From Takakia lepidozioides (Eukaryota > Plantae > Bryophyta): 64,000 bases of DNA. Below are positions 50,562-64,000 of this stretch, one piece after another (positions within the stretch are counted from its first letter, which is position 1; each line of letters starts with the position of its first letter). A model generated the notes under the pieces. The model was not told where the DNA came from. It saw only the letters and a list, made by a program, of their open reading frames with translations, and made no database searches. The translations under genes were made by a program, and so were the position numbers. The stretch spans positions 5,332,001-5,396,000 of the forward strand of contig CM060734.1 in NCBI GenBank assembly GCA_030704615.1, in the 5' to 3' direction.

Positions 50562-52454
50562 GTAGCCTAACGCTCTCTCTATCTCTCTTGCTTCGCTGCA
50601 TGGAAGAGTTATATTTTAGGGGGATGACACTGTACAAGATCCTGACCAGATTATTTAAGGGGGAGAGTGGATAAATGCGTCCCTTGTCTCCATCTGACAT
50701 GACGATTCGTTTGATTGCGTTATTCCTTTTAGTTGGGGCTATGCTGTAGTGATCTTCAAGTGCTATGGTGTTTTTGAAGCTCCACTCGTCATTAACGCAC
50801 TTACTTTTATCTAAAACTAATGGTCTCTGGGTCCCATCTGGGTTTGACTATCCCAGCGAGTTATCTTGAGCTGTTAGGTATGCAGCTTCCTGGAATCTTG
50901 AAGCACATAGTGGCCGGAAGCACATTGTGGAAGCTTGCATGTTATTCATTGGGTATTGCAAAAGCCTCACAGAAATATGTAATGGCATATCTCAATACAG
51001 AGCTCCACTCTGCAGGAGAAAACCATGATGCCATCCTTCCAGGACTTTGTGACTGTGTGTGCTACCCTTTCGCTACTTCTCTTCACCCACCCTCCTGTGT
51101 GCATAAACCTGGCCACACAGCCCTGGCTGATCTTGCCACTGTGCTCCCCCAGCAAGTGCGTGCATACAAGGCGTTCGTTGTCTTTTTTAGAAAGAGGGAG
51201 GAAGCGGAGAAGCCCTTCATGAGCACTCACATAGAGGGAGGAGAAATCATGACAGGAATGGCAGGAGAGATGGCAGAGATTCACGTGTTTGAGCACACAC
51301 ATCATGATGGAGATAAGGTCCCAGTTAGAATAAGGACCCTCTTCTTGGCCCTTTAAAATGCACTTAGAATTCCTTTTAGCCAGAACTGAAGTCTCATTGT
51401 CCTAATTGAAAGTGGCCTGCAGAGAGATACAATTGTTTTGATGTGTACATCATGCAATCATGTGTCTGTGACGACATACATCTTTGTACTCACTATTTTG
51501 CAGGCGCATAGTTTCACCTATTCTGTCAGTGCCAGGTGTTGAGAATCAAATAATTCTTGGGGCAGGACATCAGTGCAACTCGTCATGACTCATCAGCTGT
51601 CCACAGCTAGTATATGGACATTTGTGGTTTCTGTCTGGAGAATCCCTCGTATACTTTTCTGTCTATTTTCCTATTTTGTTTTTTCCTTCTTTTCTGTTCA
51701 TTCTTTGTGTAAGTTCTGCTCCTTGCTTCAGGGTGTTTTCCTTTGCTCATTCTGTGTCCAGTTATATAATTGTCTCGTTTGCTTGCTAAAATTGTTTTGA
51801 GATATGTTTTGTACTCTTAGATTGACTCTCTAAGTTGTGAGACAGCATGCTTTTTCGCTTCTCTCCTTCGTTTCTTCTTCCATACTTTTACTTGAGGGTC
51901 TGTCCTTTCTTCTGTTGCTGTTTTCCTCTGGCTTTGTCTTACTTTAAAAGTACTTTTTTACCTTGGATGTGGCTGTCTCATATTATCTTTTGTCACCTCT
52001 CAAATGTGAGAAAGTTCTCCAGGCTCTCACATAGATCTATTTCTGTTGTTGCAATGTTTTGTGAAAGTCCTTTCTTTGTCCTGTTTGATTTATTATATCC
52101 TTCTTGAAGGATCTTTGGTTTGCCTTTGACAGAGTTGCAGATTTCTCTTCTACTGTTACGATTCAATGTCAAGTTGCAGTTGTTAGTGGCCAGATGATTT
52201 GCCTCTGATTACTGCACCTGAGAGGATCTACAGCTGATGTACTTTGCTGTCCTGCATGTTGTACGTGGTTACTCAGTTTTGGAAGGGCAAAAATGCATGG
52301 GTTGAGTTTGATTAGGTTCTGTAGTTTGTCTGATTGTCCATGTTCATTATGCCTTGCAAGGGGGATGACCATTGTCGAACTTTCGTTGCAGTGCTGGTAG
52401 TGCATTCAATTTGAGGATACCTTCACTGGAGATGTTGGTCTTGGACATGTGCAG

Positions 52455-52882
52455 GTTCTTTGCCTACTTCAGATGTGAAGAAGGAAGAGGAGAGTGTTGA
52501 TGATGGTACTGAAGAGCTCGAAAGCAAAGGAACTGGAGGTGTACTTCTATTGGCAGAAAGTAAACGCTCAAAAAGGCGGAAGGCCAAAAAGGGGAAATCC
52601 TTCAAGGGAGGCAGTGATGTGGATGTGCCAAGTACTTATGAAAATGGATCAGGGAGGAAAGTAGAGGATATTATCACAGCAGAAACTGGGGTAGGGAATG
52701 TTCCACCAGCAGACCCCAAAGAAGTGTTGAAAAGATTGGCATCCCTCAAAAAGAAGAAGTGTATGAAAGATGGAGATGCTGCGGCTAAAGCTGCAGTAGC
52801 AGAGGCCTCAGCCAGGGGTGCCAGGCTTGCTGCGGCAAAGAAGAAGGAGAAGAATCATTACAACCAACAGCCTGTCAGGTGA
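52455..52882 (+). CDS. Exon 3 of the same gene (three-exon model: 996 nt, 331 aa)
   Basis: TGCAG|GT phase-1 acceptor; ends AAAKKKEKNHYNQQPVR then stop. Confidence 0.88.
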
Positions 52883-53239
52883 ACTGCAGTGACAGTGTAT
52901 CCTATCCACAGTTTGTTCCAACCATCTAATTGTTGACAATGCCTAGCCATTTAAGCATGTTTGGGATCAACTGATTGTCCCTGGTACCTTCAAAAACTTA
53001 GTGCAGAGTTGTGAAATTTTGGAGTTGTGAATACCCAGGGAATTGGGCCTCTTTGGACGCTTGAGTGTGTGGGTTGCATTTTGCAACTTTGGAAAGTAAG
53101 CTCTTGGTGTAGGGGTGGAATCATGAAATTTTCAAATGGATGCAGTAATTAGCATTGCCCAGTTCTGGTGTGGCAAGTGGAGCTTCCGGTGTATTTTAGG
53201 TTGTGATTGTTTTCAATGTGGCATTCTGTTTTAGTTGGG

Positions 53240-53810
53240 TCTAATGCCCAAAGACTGTCCGCTGAAAATGAAGTTAGGCATAAAACTTTCTTAAACTTGT
53301 TTCCAGTCTATGACATTGGCGAGGACCTTCGGCTTAAAATCTGTAGAGCCTATTTCAGTTGCCCAGCCTCAGTATCTGAATGTGCAGAAATGCCAACGCG
53401 GTTTAAAGTTTGTCCAAAGGAGGGTCTTGATGCCCAAAGACTGTCCGCCGGAATTGAAATTAGGCATACAACTTTCCTGAACTTGATGCACTTGTGAGAG
53501 ACAGACATGAGTATCTGAATCTGCAGAAATTCCTCCTTGGTTTAGAATCTGTAGAGCCTCTTTCAGTCACCCAACCTTAGTATCTGAATGTGCAGATATC
53601 ATGCCTCCTTGGTTTAAAGTCTGACCAAACACTCGTCCGCTGAAAATTAAGTTAGGCATAAAACTTTCCTAAACTTGTTTCCAGTCTATGACATGGGCGA
53701 GGACGTTATGGATGATCGACTCAAGGGCCTACCTACCCTTGGCACTTGACTGAAATATTAACTCAGGGCAGGGAGCGTACCTTTGAACAATAAACAGATG
53801 CATAGGTGAA
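53240..53810 (+). repeat. Three tandem remnants of the LINE 3' region
   Basis: GAAGTTAGGCA.AAAACTT.C.T.AACTTGTTTCCAGTCT matches ~48545-48710 and recurs at ~53265, ~53455 and ~53645. Confidence 0.75.
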
Positions 53811-53959
53811 GAAGAGATCGCAAGGGTGTTGTGTAGAAAAACGCTAGGCTTGAATCCACTGAGGACAATGTGAGCGCCCCTACTCATGTCCAGTTTTCAG
53901 GACTTTCATCTTGATGCACTTATGCAAGAGAGACACAAGTATCTGGATCTATAGAAATG

Positions 53960-54175
53960 CCCAAATGTGGGTGCATCGAGGCTGCAAAGGGACTGTTCAA
54001 TAATATGGCTGAACGCAATGTGGAGTTGTGGAGCACGATGATCGTAGGATGTGTACAGTAAGGACGGGATGGAGGCTTTGGAGACCTTTGAGTAAATGTA
54101 GGCGCAGGAAGGGGTGTTCAGCCCAACCACATCACGTTTGTTTGCGTTTGCAATGCGTGTGCGAGCCTGGCAGCC
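53960..54175 (+). pseudogene. PLS-class pentatricopeptide repeat (PPR) fragment
   Basis: KCGCIEAAKGLFNNMAERNVELWSTMIVG...EALETFE..M..EGVQPNHITFVCVCNACASLA, with stops and frameshifts. Confidence 0.8.
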
Positions 54176-57100
54176 AACGCGATATGGTGTTGTGGAATGC
54201 TGTGGAGCTGATACATGCCAATCTGAAAATTACCTACTACTAGAATCAAAGTTAAGTCAATGTAGCCTCAAACCTTACAAAGAACAAAATTAAATATTCA
54301 GTAGAATGATGTTTAACTTGTGCATATTCATATGCATATTCACTTGTGCATATGATTTAACGCAAATAGAGCAATGAATCAATGGCTGGAAAATCAACAC
54401 TTTTTCAACTCTGATGCCAAACTTTTTCTATGAAACACCAGATTCAATATTGACACAACACAAAAATCAATCTAACAATTGACTTGAAATTGAGAATGTG
54501 TTGTAAAAGCTAAAAATGAAACATGCATTCAAAGACGCCAATGACAAGTGAAGTGCGTCTTACCTTGGTTATTCCATGTGGCATGGTTGTTGGTTCGACC
54601 CGAACACTAATTCTACACCAAATCAACGCCGGGCGTGGATGTTATTTTAACCCTATGTTGCTACAATTCAATTAATTGTGCTTGTATCGATTCAATGTCG
54701 AGCAAGCCATGTATGTATCAACACCACATCAACGCCGACTAAAAATAGTAAAAATATATATATATATCATAGTAGTGTCTGCTCAGTGAGGCCAAAACTT
54801 CGATATAGCTGCAACCGAGTCTTAGAATCACTTTGGAGACAACTGACGTCTCTTAGGGTCTATGTAGTCGGAGGACGCTGACAGAAGTTGTCTCATGGAA
54901 GGCCAAGCACCTAGGCCAAGCAACTATTCTTATACTTATTACAATAGTCTTCATCGAATCTTCAAGTTGTCCTGTGTTCTGGCTTTGGAGGATATGTAGG
55001 GTTTCTTGTTGCCTTCAGCCTGACTTTCTTCAGGATCTTTGATGTGCCAGTGTTTTGGCCCATTCTCCTACTGTACTGGATTGTGCTATTTGTGCTCACA
55101 ATGAAGCGCCAAATCAGACACGTGCTTAAATTTCGATATAGTCCTTTCTCCATTGGCAAACAGATACCTCCTTACCCCCTCACCCTAGTTGTGTAAATGG
55201 TGAGCAGCTCTGGATGGATCCCGTCTATTCATAATGTTCAGCTTTAGCTGCTTGGGAGTAATTGGAAAGGGGCAAGAGAGGAAAAATACTCATTGACAGT
55301 TTGCTCTGAAATGTTGGCTTAGGCATACCCTTGTTGCCCTTGGACTACATGCCCCTCCAAGGGTATACCAAGGCTTGGAGATGGCCGCGAGTCTCAACAA
55401 ACCAGGGCGGGTAATTGATGTATTGCTATAATGCCTGCACACAGCCGATGATACTCGAGTTACAGAATGCTAGTGCTGAATTCAGGGCTCACATGAAGAA
55501 AACATACTATGTATTGCAGCACTACTAGTGATGTAGGGTGTATGATATCATACACAGATGTGACATGTGGCTGAGCCAGGGACACTGCACTATCTGTGTG
55601 CTAGAGAGGGACTGTGGAAGAATGTGCTCATTCACATTGACCCAATGGGCAGCTTTGGAGGCCCTTCCTTTGTTTCTTTACCCTGGTTGAATAGGATGAC
55701 TCCTGGTTTAGTCATCGGGTTACCTTCCTGGGAAGTTGACAGAAACTCATTAGGTTGCACCCTCTGTTGGGAATTTATGAAGTTGGAAGTCATAGTAGTC
55801 GGCCTCTGCTCTTCAAGAACTTGTTGAAATGTCTCAAAAAAACTCTCCAATTGACTCTCTAAGAACAGGGCTGCAGTTAAGGTTGTTCAGTTTCTTTGTT
55901 TGTTTATGTGCTGTTCTCTGACAAGTCTGTTCTCTCTCCTTTGGGTCTGTTGTCAGAGTTCTCTTGCAAAGAGCTTCTCTTGCCTTGGAGATGGGAAATG
56001 CTGGAACTGGAAGCCTTAATGGGGCAACATCAGAGGTTGATGTGATGTGATGCGATGCGTGTTCCCGCTGAGAAGGCTGACCCACTATGTGGTATGTTCC
56101 TCCTCTCATATACATACGGGACGAAACTATAGACCAGCCAGGCTTCTTGCAAGCTGCTGCATTGCAAAGCAGGATTGATTCTTAACTGTTTTTAATGTAC
56201 AAGCTTTTTAACACTTGCTCCTCTTTCGTGCAAGAGATCCCCAATGCAACTTGGATTACTGAAAAGATTGACGTGTTAAGGAGTCAGTAGAGCAGTTGAC
56301 TACATGCTCTCTGCTGGATGTTCAGGCTGAGCTGCCTGAAGACCCAACTGGTACTGAAGAGCCTGATGATGAGGCGGCCAGAAATTGATTGAACTAGGCA
56401 CCTCCAACGTCAAGAGGCCAACTCCTACACCTTTTGTTGATTCTCTAAGGGTTCAGAATCCTTTCACACTACTTGACCAACTGTAGATGCATATATTGGT
56501 ACACTTTTCTTTTCAGATCGTTTTTTATCATAAGACAAGCGGTTTCGGCATTGTACTGCCAAAACAAGTTAGTTTGTTAGTTGTCTGGAAATCGTTGGTA
56601 AAGCACGTAGGAAATTAGACAGTGTCTGAGACGACCATGGAGATGAACTCTGGCGTCAAGATGACCGTAGGAAGCTGCATCGACAGCATATTAGGCTGCC
56701 AATTCGGTACCAGAAACGGCAAGTTAATCCTGTTCGAACAATACAGGACGACTGTTCCAGTCCCAGATTGCGATCTCTCTTTTCTCTCGCCTTTCAAGTC
56801 CAGTAGGAACACACGGCGAGGAGCTTGGCAATTGGTGGAAGCGACATGTATAGCGATGAAATATCGCAACAAAGCAATTGGCCGCATCAGGAAGACAGCA
56901 GGTCAGGACGACTTCAAATGGCGAAGCGTGGACTTGTTAGCGGTGCGGGACAATTGGAGGGGACTCTGGACAACCTATGACTCAGTGGCAGGGTCAAAGA
57001 CCCCAGAGCCATCACCAGGGATTTGATTTCCAAATATACCACAAAATATGTGTGTAGCGAAAATACGACGAATGGCGAGAAGTGCAACTTTTTACCACCG

Positions 57101-59749
57101 ATGGAGCTGAGAATTTACAGGCTGATACGGGGTATATAATTGTAGTTTGTCACCAAGTTTGGTGATTTATGGAGCTGATAAGCTGCGGGGCCAAATTATT
57201 GAGTCGACGGCACTCACAAGGCCTATTATTTGCATTTATACTTCTTGGATGGATGCAAAAGCTTGGAATTCGCCTTGAGGAGCTGGATGGATGAAATGAC
57301 AACTCACGCCAACTGGCCATCCAACTGGATGGATGAAAAGACAGCTTTCATTTGCCTCTAAGACTTTTCATCCATATGGAATAGTATATTATAGATCCTC
57401 CCAAGAAACAATAGTTTAATGAATATTTTCCCTTAAACTAATAGGCACAACAACAGTATAAAAGAGTGGGCAAGGATTCTCTTATTCTCATCTAGCTCAT
57501 TTGCTTAGTTTCATCTTGCTTGTTGTTGTAGTGTTTGCTAGCTTTTGGCTTGAGGAGGGGCTAGATCCTAGGGAGTGGAGCTTGAAGCTCCCTAGTTAGG
57601 TAGGATTCTTGTAAGCTAAGGCAAGTGGCCTAGCTTGTGGGCCTTTGAGCCATTTTCATTTGTGAAGGAAGAGGGCAATTTCATGTGGAGGAAAATGACT
57701 TGAGGACGAGTAGGAGGGGCTGGTATGGACTTATGGACGAGAGCCCAAGTGAAGGCCACATAGAGTACCATTATTTGAGTCGATAGAGCATCCCGAGCAC
57801 TCTCGCATAGAAAGATTGATCCCATCTTACCATTTCACCATTTGTGTATGTGATTCATTTATTTTCCAAGCAAAGCTTGAAGTTGAAAAATCTGATTTAG
57901 ATTCTTCAAAAGAGGATAGTGCATTGTGGAGTCCCATTATTTCATGTCTAGAAGTGACAAGGGGAAGACCCCCATAGTCTATTGGTAAGGGCATCAATAG
58001 AGGCTTGTATTTGAATTGTTGGAAGAAGGAATCTTTGTATTTGATTATTAATTTGAAATATAGCCAGCTCTGGCAAAGGCAGGCCAGTAGGCTGGATCTA
58101 TGATATAAGGCTACTATAAGGCCTCTATGTGCTGATTCCCCCCCCCCCACTAGCAAGCCATGGAGGCCTAGGAGAGGGTGGTTTGTATATTTTTGTCTTG
58201 GGGTTTGGGCGGGCTGATTTCGCTTGACAGCAGCTGTCCCAAAGTCGCGAGCAGCCCAGGAGGAGCCCGGGTGCTACGCCTAGAGAGTAGGGACTCGATT
58301 ACTTAAAGCGTGGAGGCAGCCGTGGCCCAGCCATGACGTACGGGCGTGGGGCCCCTGCGCTAACCTTAAGTCGTACTAAGATCAAGTACATCAGCCGCGT
58401 GGCTCAGGCATAAGGCCCTGAAGCGTGCGAGCAAGGCGCGGGTCTTTACCCGCTGGATAACCAAAAGTTGTGACGGACCGGCGGATGCTGGCGTTAACCG
58501 CAGCGGTCCACGGTTTGGACCGCTACGCGCGGATCTGCGCCCCGCCACGTGGCGGGGGCATTTTACCCAGCGGGCAATGCGTCTGCAAATTCCCTTAAAG
58601 GGGGGTATTCTTACATTTAGCTATTAAATTCAATTTATATCCCTCTAAGGGTTAGGAGCCATTATCTAAGGCGCCAGTGGTAGATTAAATCTAGGATTTT
58701 GGGAGGACGTAGCCTTGGAGGGGAGCGTTCTTAGGACTCCAAGAGGGAGCCAAGCGGCCCTGAGGGCAGTGAGCTAGAGGCGGAGACCTCGAGAGACAAG
58801 GGAGGAGAGAAAATACTCTGTCCTAAAAACTCGGCTACAGTGAGCCTTTGTGTCAAAGCCCAAGGTAGAGGATGACTTTTTCCACGGAGGGAAAGCGCAC
58901 CAACGCCTTAAAATAATGTAAGGGGGGTGAAATCTGGCTTGGACCCACCAGTGGTTATTTTATTATTTATGCATGCATGTTCTGGACTAAGAATGTAGTG
59001 GCAGGGATGAGCTCGCAGCGAGATTCATTCATCCGATAGGGCCGCGGCAGTTCCCCACGGCAGGGAACGGTTCCCGGGTGGTCCTCGGTTCTCATTGGGT
59101 TCCCATAGGGTTCTCAAGGGCATCTTTAGGCACCAAGGGTATCTTTGGATTCCCCACATGATTTCCCATAGGGGAGGCATTTTTCTGATTTTCTTAATTT
59201 CTTTTATTTTCCAGCATTTCTGATTTGCGAAATTGTTTAAATAGGATAGATGCACGTGGTGCTCGTTATAGCCTGCAGGGCGCTGATTAAACTGATTGAA
59301 CTTATTGTGTTGAGGGGCTTAGAACCACCTTATTGAATTGAGTGAACCTATTGGACGACGATAGGCATTTTGGCCACTCCGTTGCTATAACAAAGTATTT
59401 AGGCACTGGGGTAGGAAGCGTTGGCCCTTCCACTTAGAGGTGACTTGAACTCAAGCCCTCGGCGAAGGAGGGGCAGTGGGAGAGGACGATTTTCCCTCTC
59501 CTCCTAGGCTCGGCAGGTGCCTTGTGAAGGGATTAAAACATGTCCCGACTATAGGCGGCTCGGGGGCCTAGGCGGTAGGAATTAGACAATAAAACACAAA
59601 GTCTTGGAAGGTAATTACTGAATAGATTATAGGATACCGTAGGACTTAGAAACGCAAACTCGCCCTGTGAAGAGGAGTACGTGATTTCTCTTTGCCGGTA
59701 GGACTTAGATAGTGATCATAGCCACCATGTACGACCACGGACCCCCTGC

Positions 59750-62100
59750 ACATGCGGCGTTGTTTAGTGGATGATGGGAGCTCAGTCAACATCATGCCGT
59801 TCTCCACTCTATCCAAACTGGGTTTGAACATGACAGGGGAATTCCCTCTGACAATCAGGCTAGCTGACTAGCGGAAGATCCGACTCGTGGGTCACATAGC
59901 AAATGTAAAGATGAGGACAGGAGGCTACACGTATGCAGTAGACTTCCAAATCATAGACTTCCCCATTGACAAATATTCGTATGCGCTCCTATTAGGGAGG
60001 CCATGGTTGGTCCAGTCCAGGGCACGAACGGACTGGGGGGCAGGCACCATTACTTATGGGGTAAGACCTTACACTACTACTGTTGCATTTCTTTCTGGAG
60101 CACCTCACGGAGAAACAGATGAGGATGAGCTCAGCATGATTGGCTCTGAAGAGGAGTCTGCAGACTTGAGTGAGGAGGATTTGTGGTCAGAGGGAGAGCT
60201 CCTCCCCACCTCGCACGCCCACCGAGTTTTAGCAACAGCTACCGCGCCTCACAGGGAGGTTAAGCGAAGAAAGGTAGGACTAGAAGACGCAGTCAAGTCT
60301 CTAGGACCGGGATTGTATGAATGCAAGTCTGATTCAGACTGCATTGCCTGGTTGTTCGGAGAAAACCAAGGTAGGGAAGTGATGGTACACTCGGTATCAA
60401 CCGAGGCACTTCCCGAGTTCGAGTCATTGACCGAACTTTTTTCTATATCCGCCGAACAGGTTGGTCTGCAAGAACAGGAGATTCCTCAGGAGGAAAACGG
60501 CGAGATTCTGGATATGAGAATTGTAGAGGAGGTCGACCTAGAAAGGGATGTCCTGAAACCTACTTTACTTATTTGCAACAGGGATCAAACGGATCTCGAT
60601 TTGAGCCGAGGTCGTGTTTCACATCGGAACCAATGACGCAGTTGATTGACATGGCAGTTGGAGGAGAGTCACCAAAGATGGTGAAGGTGGGAGCCCACTT
60701 GACAACAGAGCAGGCCTTGGAGTATCAGGCACTGTTCAAGGAATTCCGGGACATTTTTGCATGGTCCTACACCAAATTGAAGGGAGTGCCTTCTTACATG
60801 GCAATGCATTCCATCCCCCTGATTCCAGGAGCCACCCCAAGACGACAACGCGAGAGGAGGGTGAACCCCAACTTAGCTACGCTCATTAAAGCAGAGATTG
60901 AAAAGCTGCTGGCCGCAGAATTTATTTTCCCGGTGGAAACATCAACATGGGTGTCCCAGATGGTGATCGTCTGAAAGAAGAATGGAGGCCTAAGGGTCTG
61001 TGTGGACTTCTGCCCCTTAACAAGGTAACACACAAGGATCATTTTCCCTTGCCATTCATAGATACTTTGGTGGAAGAAGTAGTAGGAAATGAGCTCTACT
61101 CCTTCATGGATGGCTTTTCAGGGTACAATCAGGTATTGATTGAACCAAAGGACGTGTTGAAAACCACCTTTACTTCACCATGGGGCACCTTTGCCTATAC
61201 ACGGATGTCCTTTGGCATGTGCAATGCACCCCTGACGTTTCAGAGGGTCATGACGTATGCCTTCTCAGACATCATGAGAAGAAATTTGGTCATATTTTTA
61301 GATGACTTTTGTTGCAATGGGGATGCAAAAGATCACGTTGAAGCATTACGGGAGTGCTTCATTCGGTGCAGGGAGAATGGGATCTCTCTCAACCCAATGA
61401 AGTGCGTGTTTGCAGTCACACATGGACTGCTACTAGGGCACATAGTGTCTAAAGATGGCGTGCCGATAGATCCAGCAAAGGTGAGCGCCATAGTTGAATT
61501 GCCCGCACCAGAGACATCATCTAAGGTGAAGGGGTTCCTTGGCCACACAGGATGGTATAGGAAATTTATGGACAAGTATGCAGCAGAGGCCTTACCTCTG
61601 ACTCGATTATTGAAGAAGAACCAGGTATTTTCCTTGGATACAGGGTGTCAGGAGTCGTTCGAGACACTCAAGCAGCGCTTGGTGTCTGCTCCCGTTTTGG
61701 CCGCTCCCGACTGGAGCAGGCCTTTCCATGTTTACGTTGATGCTTCAGCGGTGGCCATAGGCTGTGCCTTGTGCCAACCGGATGCTGATGGCCATGATCA
61801 TCCAATATCTTTTGCCAGTCGACAGCTGACATTCGCCGAAACGAGGTATAGCACCACGGAGTGGGAGACTCTGGGAATGATTTTTGCCGTAAAAAAATAT
61901 CGGCATTACCTGTTGGAGACACCTTTCATTTTTTTTGTTAATCACATGACATTGCGATACCTGATCAACAAACCCGATTTGACGGAAAGAATAGCCAGGT
62001 GGGTTATTTTGCTTCAGGATTCGACTACAAGGTAGTATACAAGCCCGGAAGGCTTAATGCTCAAGCCGATCACCTTTCCCGATTGTCGGAGGAGTGGGAA
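59750..62100 (+). pseudogene. Ty3/Gypsy pol (protease, RT, RNase H), no methyltransferase, truncated before integrase
   Basis: LVDDGSSVNIM, LLGRPW, FMDGFSGYNQ, FGMCNAP, FLDD, YVDAS, RIARW. Confidence 0.92.
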
Positions 62101-62289
62101 GATATTCATGTCATGTCAAGACATGTACAAGACCCTACTAGGGTCATTGTCAATTAAGGACATAAACAGCCCATAAACAGGGCACCATCTAACACTTCCA
62201 TTCTAGTCATGACTTCCCAATTGATTTCACCCAATCATTCATGATAAAACAGGGTGGGAGGGCGGGGTTTGTTTATGTACAGGTCATGA

Positions 62290-62990
62290 CAACAAGACAA
62301 AGCATATAAGCAAACATCTTGTGTACTGAAAAATCATATTGCTGCAGCCTGTCATACCCTTTCATCGCATCATAATTACAACAAGACATGCATTAGAGCA
62401 AAACATCTTGTGTATGTGAAGCCAACCTGCAATATTACATATTCAAGACATGCCCTTCAAGCAAACATCTTGGGTATGACAAAATAATTTGCAGCCTACC
62501 TTATCAGTATTACCCCAAGACATGCATCATGCAAGGCATCTTGGCAAGTAAGAACAACCTGCCATATTACAGATTCAAGATATGTACACACAAGCATCTT
62601 GATGGACCAGCCTGCAGTTTGGGCAAATTCCAAGCAAGCAACCAAGTAACCCTCTTGGGCATGACAAAGCATATTGCAGCCTCATTCTTTACCAATTGTA
62701 ATTACCCCAAGACATGCATCATGCAAGGCCCCTTGGGTAGTTAAGAACAGCCTGCCATAATACAGATTCAAGACATGTATACACAAGCATCTTGATGGTC
62801 CAGCCTGCAGTTTTTCAGTTTCCAAACATGCAACCAAGTAACCCTCTTGGGCATGACAAGACAGATTGCAGCCTCATTCTATACCATTCATAATTGCCCC
62901 AAGACATGCATCATGCAAGGCATCTTGGGAATCGAAGAACGGCCTGCCATATTACAGATTCAAGACATGGACACACAAACATCTTGAGTG
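62290..62990. repeat. Tandem repeat of ~191-bp period built from CAAGACATG...CATCTTG subunits
   Basis: CCCCAAGACATGCATCATGCAAGGC at ~62513, ~62705 and ~62897. Confidence 0.85.
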
Positions 62991-64000
62991 CCCGGGACCA
63001 AGCCATCTTGGCCAAAAAATAATCCATACATTGTAGGTAACTGGCCTGATGGCAATACAAGGCTAATAATCATTGGCAAAGGTCTAGTAGAGCTTACCAA
63101 CACTGTTTTCCAGGAGGCTTATGCCAGGGTTTGAAAATAAACCTCACTATGCTCCATTCCACACCAGATTCAGGTCTAAAAGAGGCCTGTCAGTGCCTTA
63201 TCAGGCTGCCATCTTAAAAAATCAGGGCCTCCTCTTCCTTAGAACCTGACAGCCACTGAGGCCTTACCCATAAAACTCGCCTCCTCTTTAAGGCCAAAAC
63301 AGTACCTAGCTTAATAATCCACAGGCACCGCTGTCAAAGATTACAAGACAAGGTAAGGTCCAGATGTTGGGCTTCAAGAGACAGGCCTGCTAGGCTGAAA
63401 TGCTCCATCAAATGTAGCAAAACATAAGTCAAAAGTAAGCATCAGCATGCCAAACCAGGTTCAGGCGGGCCGAAATCGGGGCTGCAGGCAGTAGCCAGGT
63501 CAAGACGCCATACACAATAGGCTCCCTTTGCCCACATCCATATCTGCAAGCTCAAGAGATTTCAAAGCAAGTAGGGATCCTCACCTGGTCCCATCACAAG
63601 CCCCCACAAAAACCAGCAGTTAGTGAGGATTGTGGAACCCCAGGTGAATCACAGACCCCTACACTTGTCATCGATGTCAACTAAGAACCTCAAAAGCGAG
63701 AGAGAAAGACATAAAACAAAAGGAACCCTAATCACCAAAAGCACCTTGAGCGATTGGGGAAGAGAACAGTGCGCCATCACCAGCAGCAAACCACCTCCAG
63801 CAAAGCAAAGAAGAAGTGAAGCATACAAGCACACTTGCTAGGTTTAAGAAGGGAGAGAGAGATATTTCCCCACACAAGCGCCGCTGCAAAAATTAAAAAC
63901 CAGAGGGGGGAAAGAGACGATGCGTTCACAGCATTGTCTCCCGCCTATAAGAAAAAACAAAGCGTCGCCATTGCGCATCCACAGGAGATCGCCCAACACG

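Noticed and set aside
50820-51356. 178-aa intronic ORF
   Set aside because: No motif recognised; not needed for the host gene model.
54900-57030. Several short ORFs, possibly a decayed gene
   Set aside because: No recognisable motif or consistent exon structure by eye.

Overview
Eukaryotic, repeat-dense nuclear DNA from a land plant, most likely a non-seed plant. Evidence: spliceosomal introns, a PLS-class PPR relic, and piggyBac, Penelope-like and RLE-type LINE relics. There is one apparently intact three-exon host gene (46105-52882). The rest is nested, decayed transposons with many C-to-T derived stops and frameshifts. Main findings: (1) Two Ty3/Gypsy elements (18.7-25.4 kb, 25.7-36.0 kb) plus a third gag fragment. 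Their pol reconstructs as protease, DNMT3-like C5 cytosine methyltransferase, RT, RNase H, integrase, PHD finger. The termini are unusual: split at a GACA-GC-TGTC palindrome, with no visible PBS. (2) A multi-exon gene family in two decayed copies (1.2-3.8 kb, 38.1-39.5 kb) that together appear to link a ParB/Srx-type domain to an N6A/N4C methyltransferase-like domain. (3) A piggyBac transposase with an extra upstream ORF. (4) Several palindromic arrays and MITEs. Coordinates of decayed features are approximate, and all family assignments come from motif recognition by eye.
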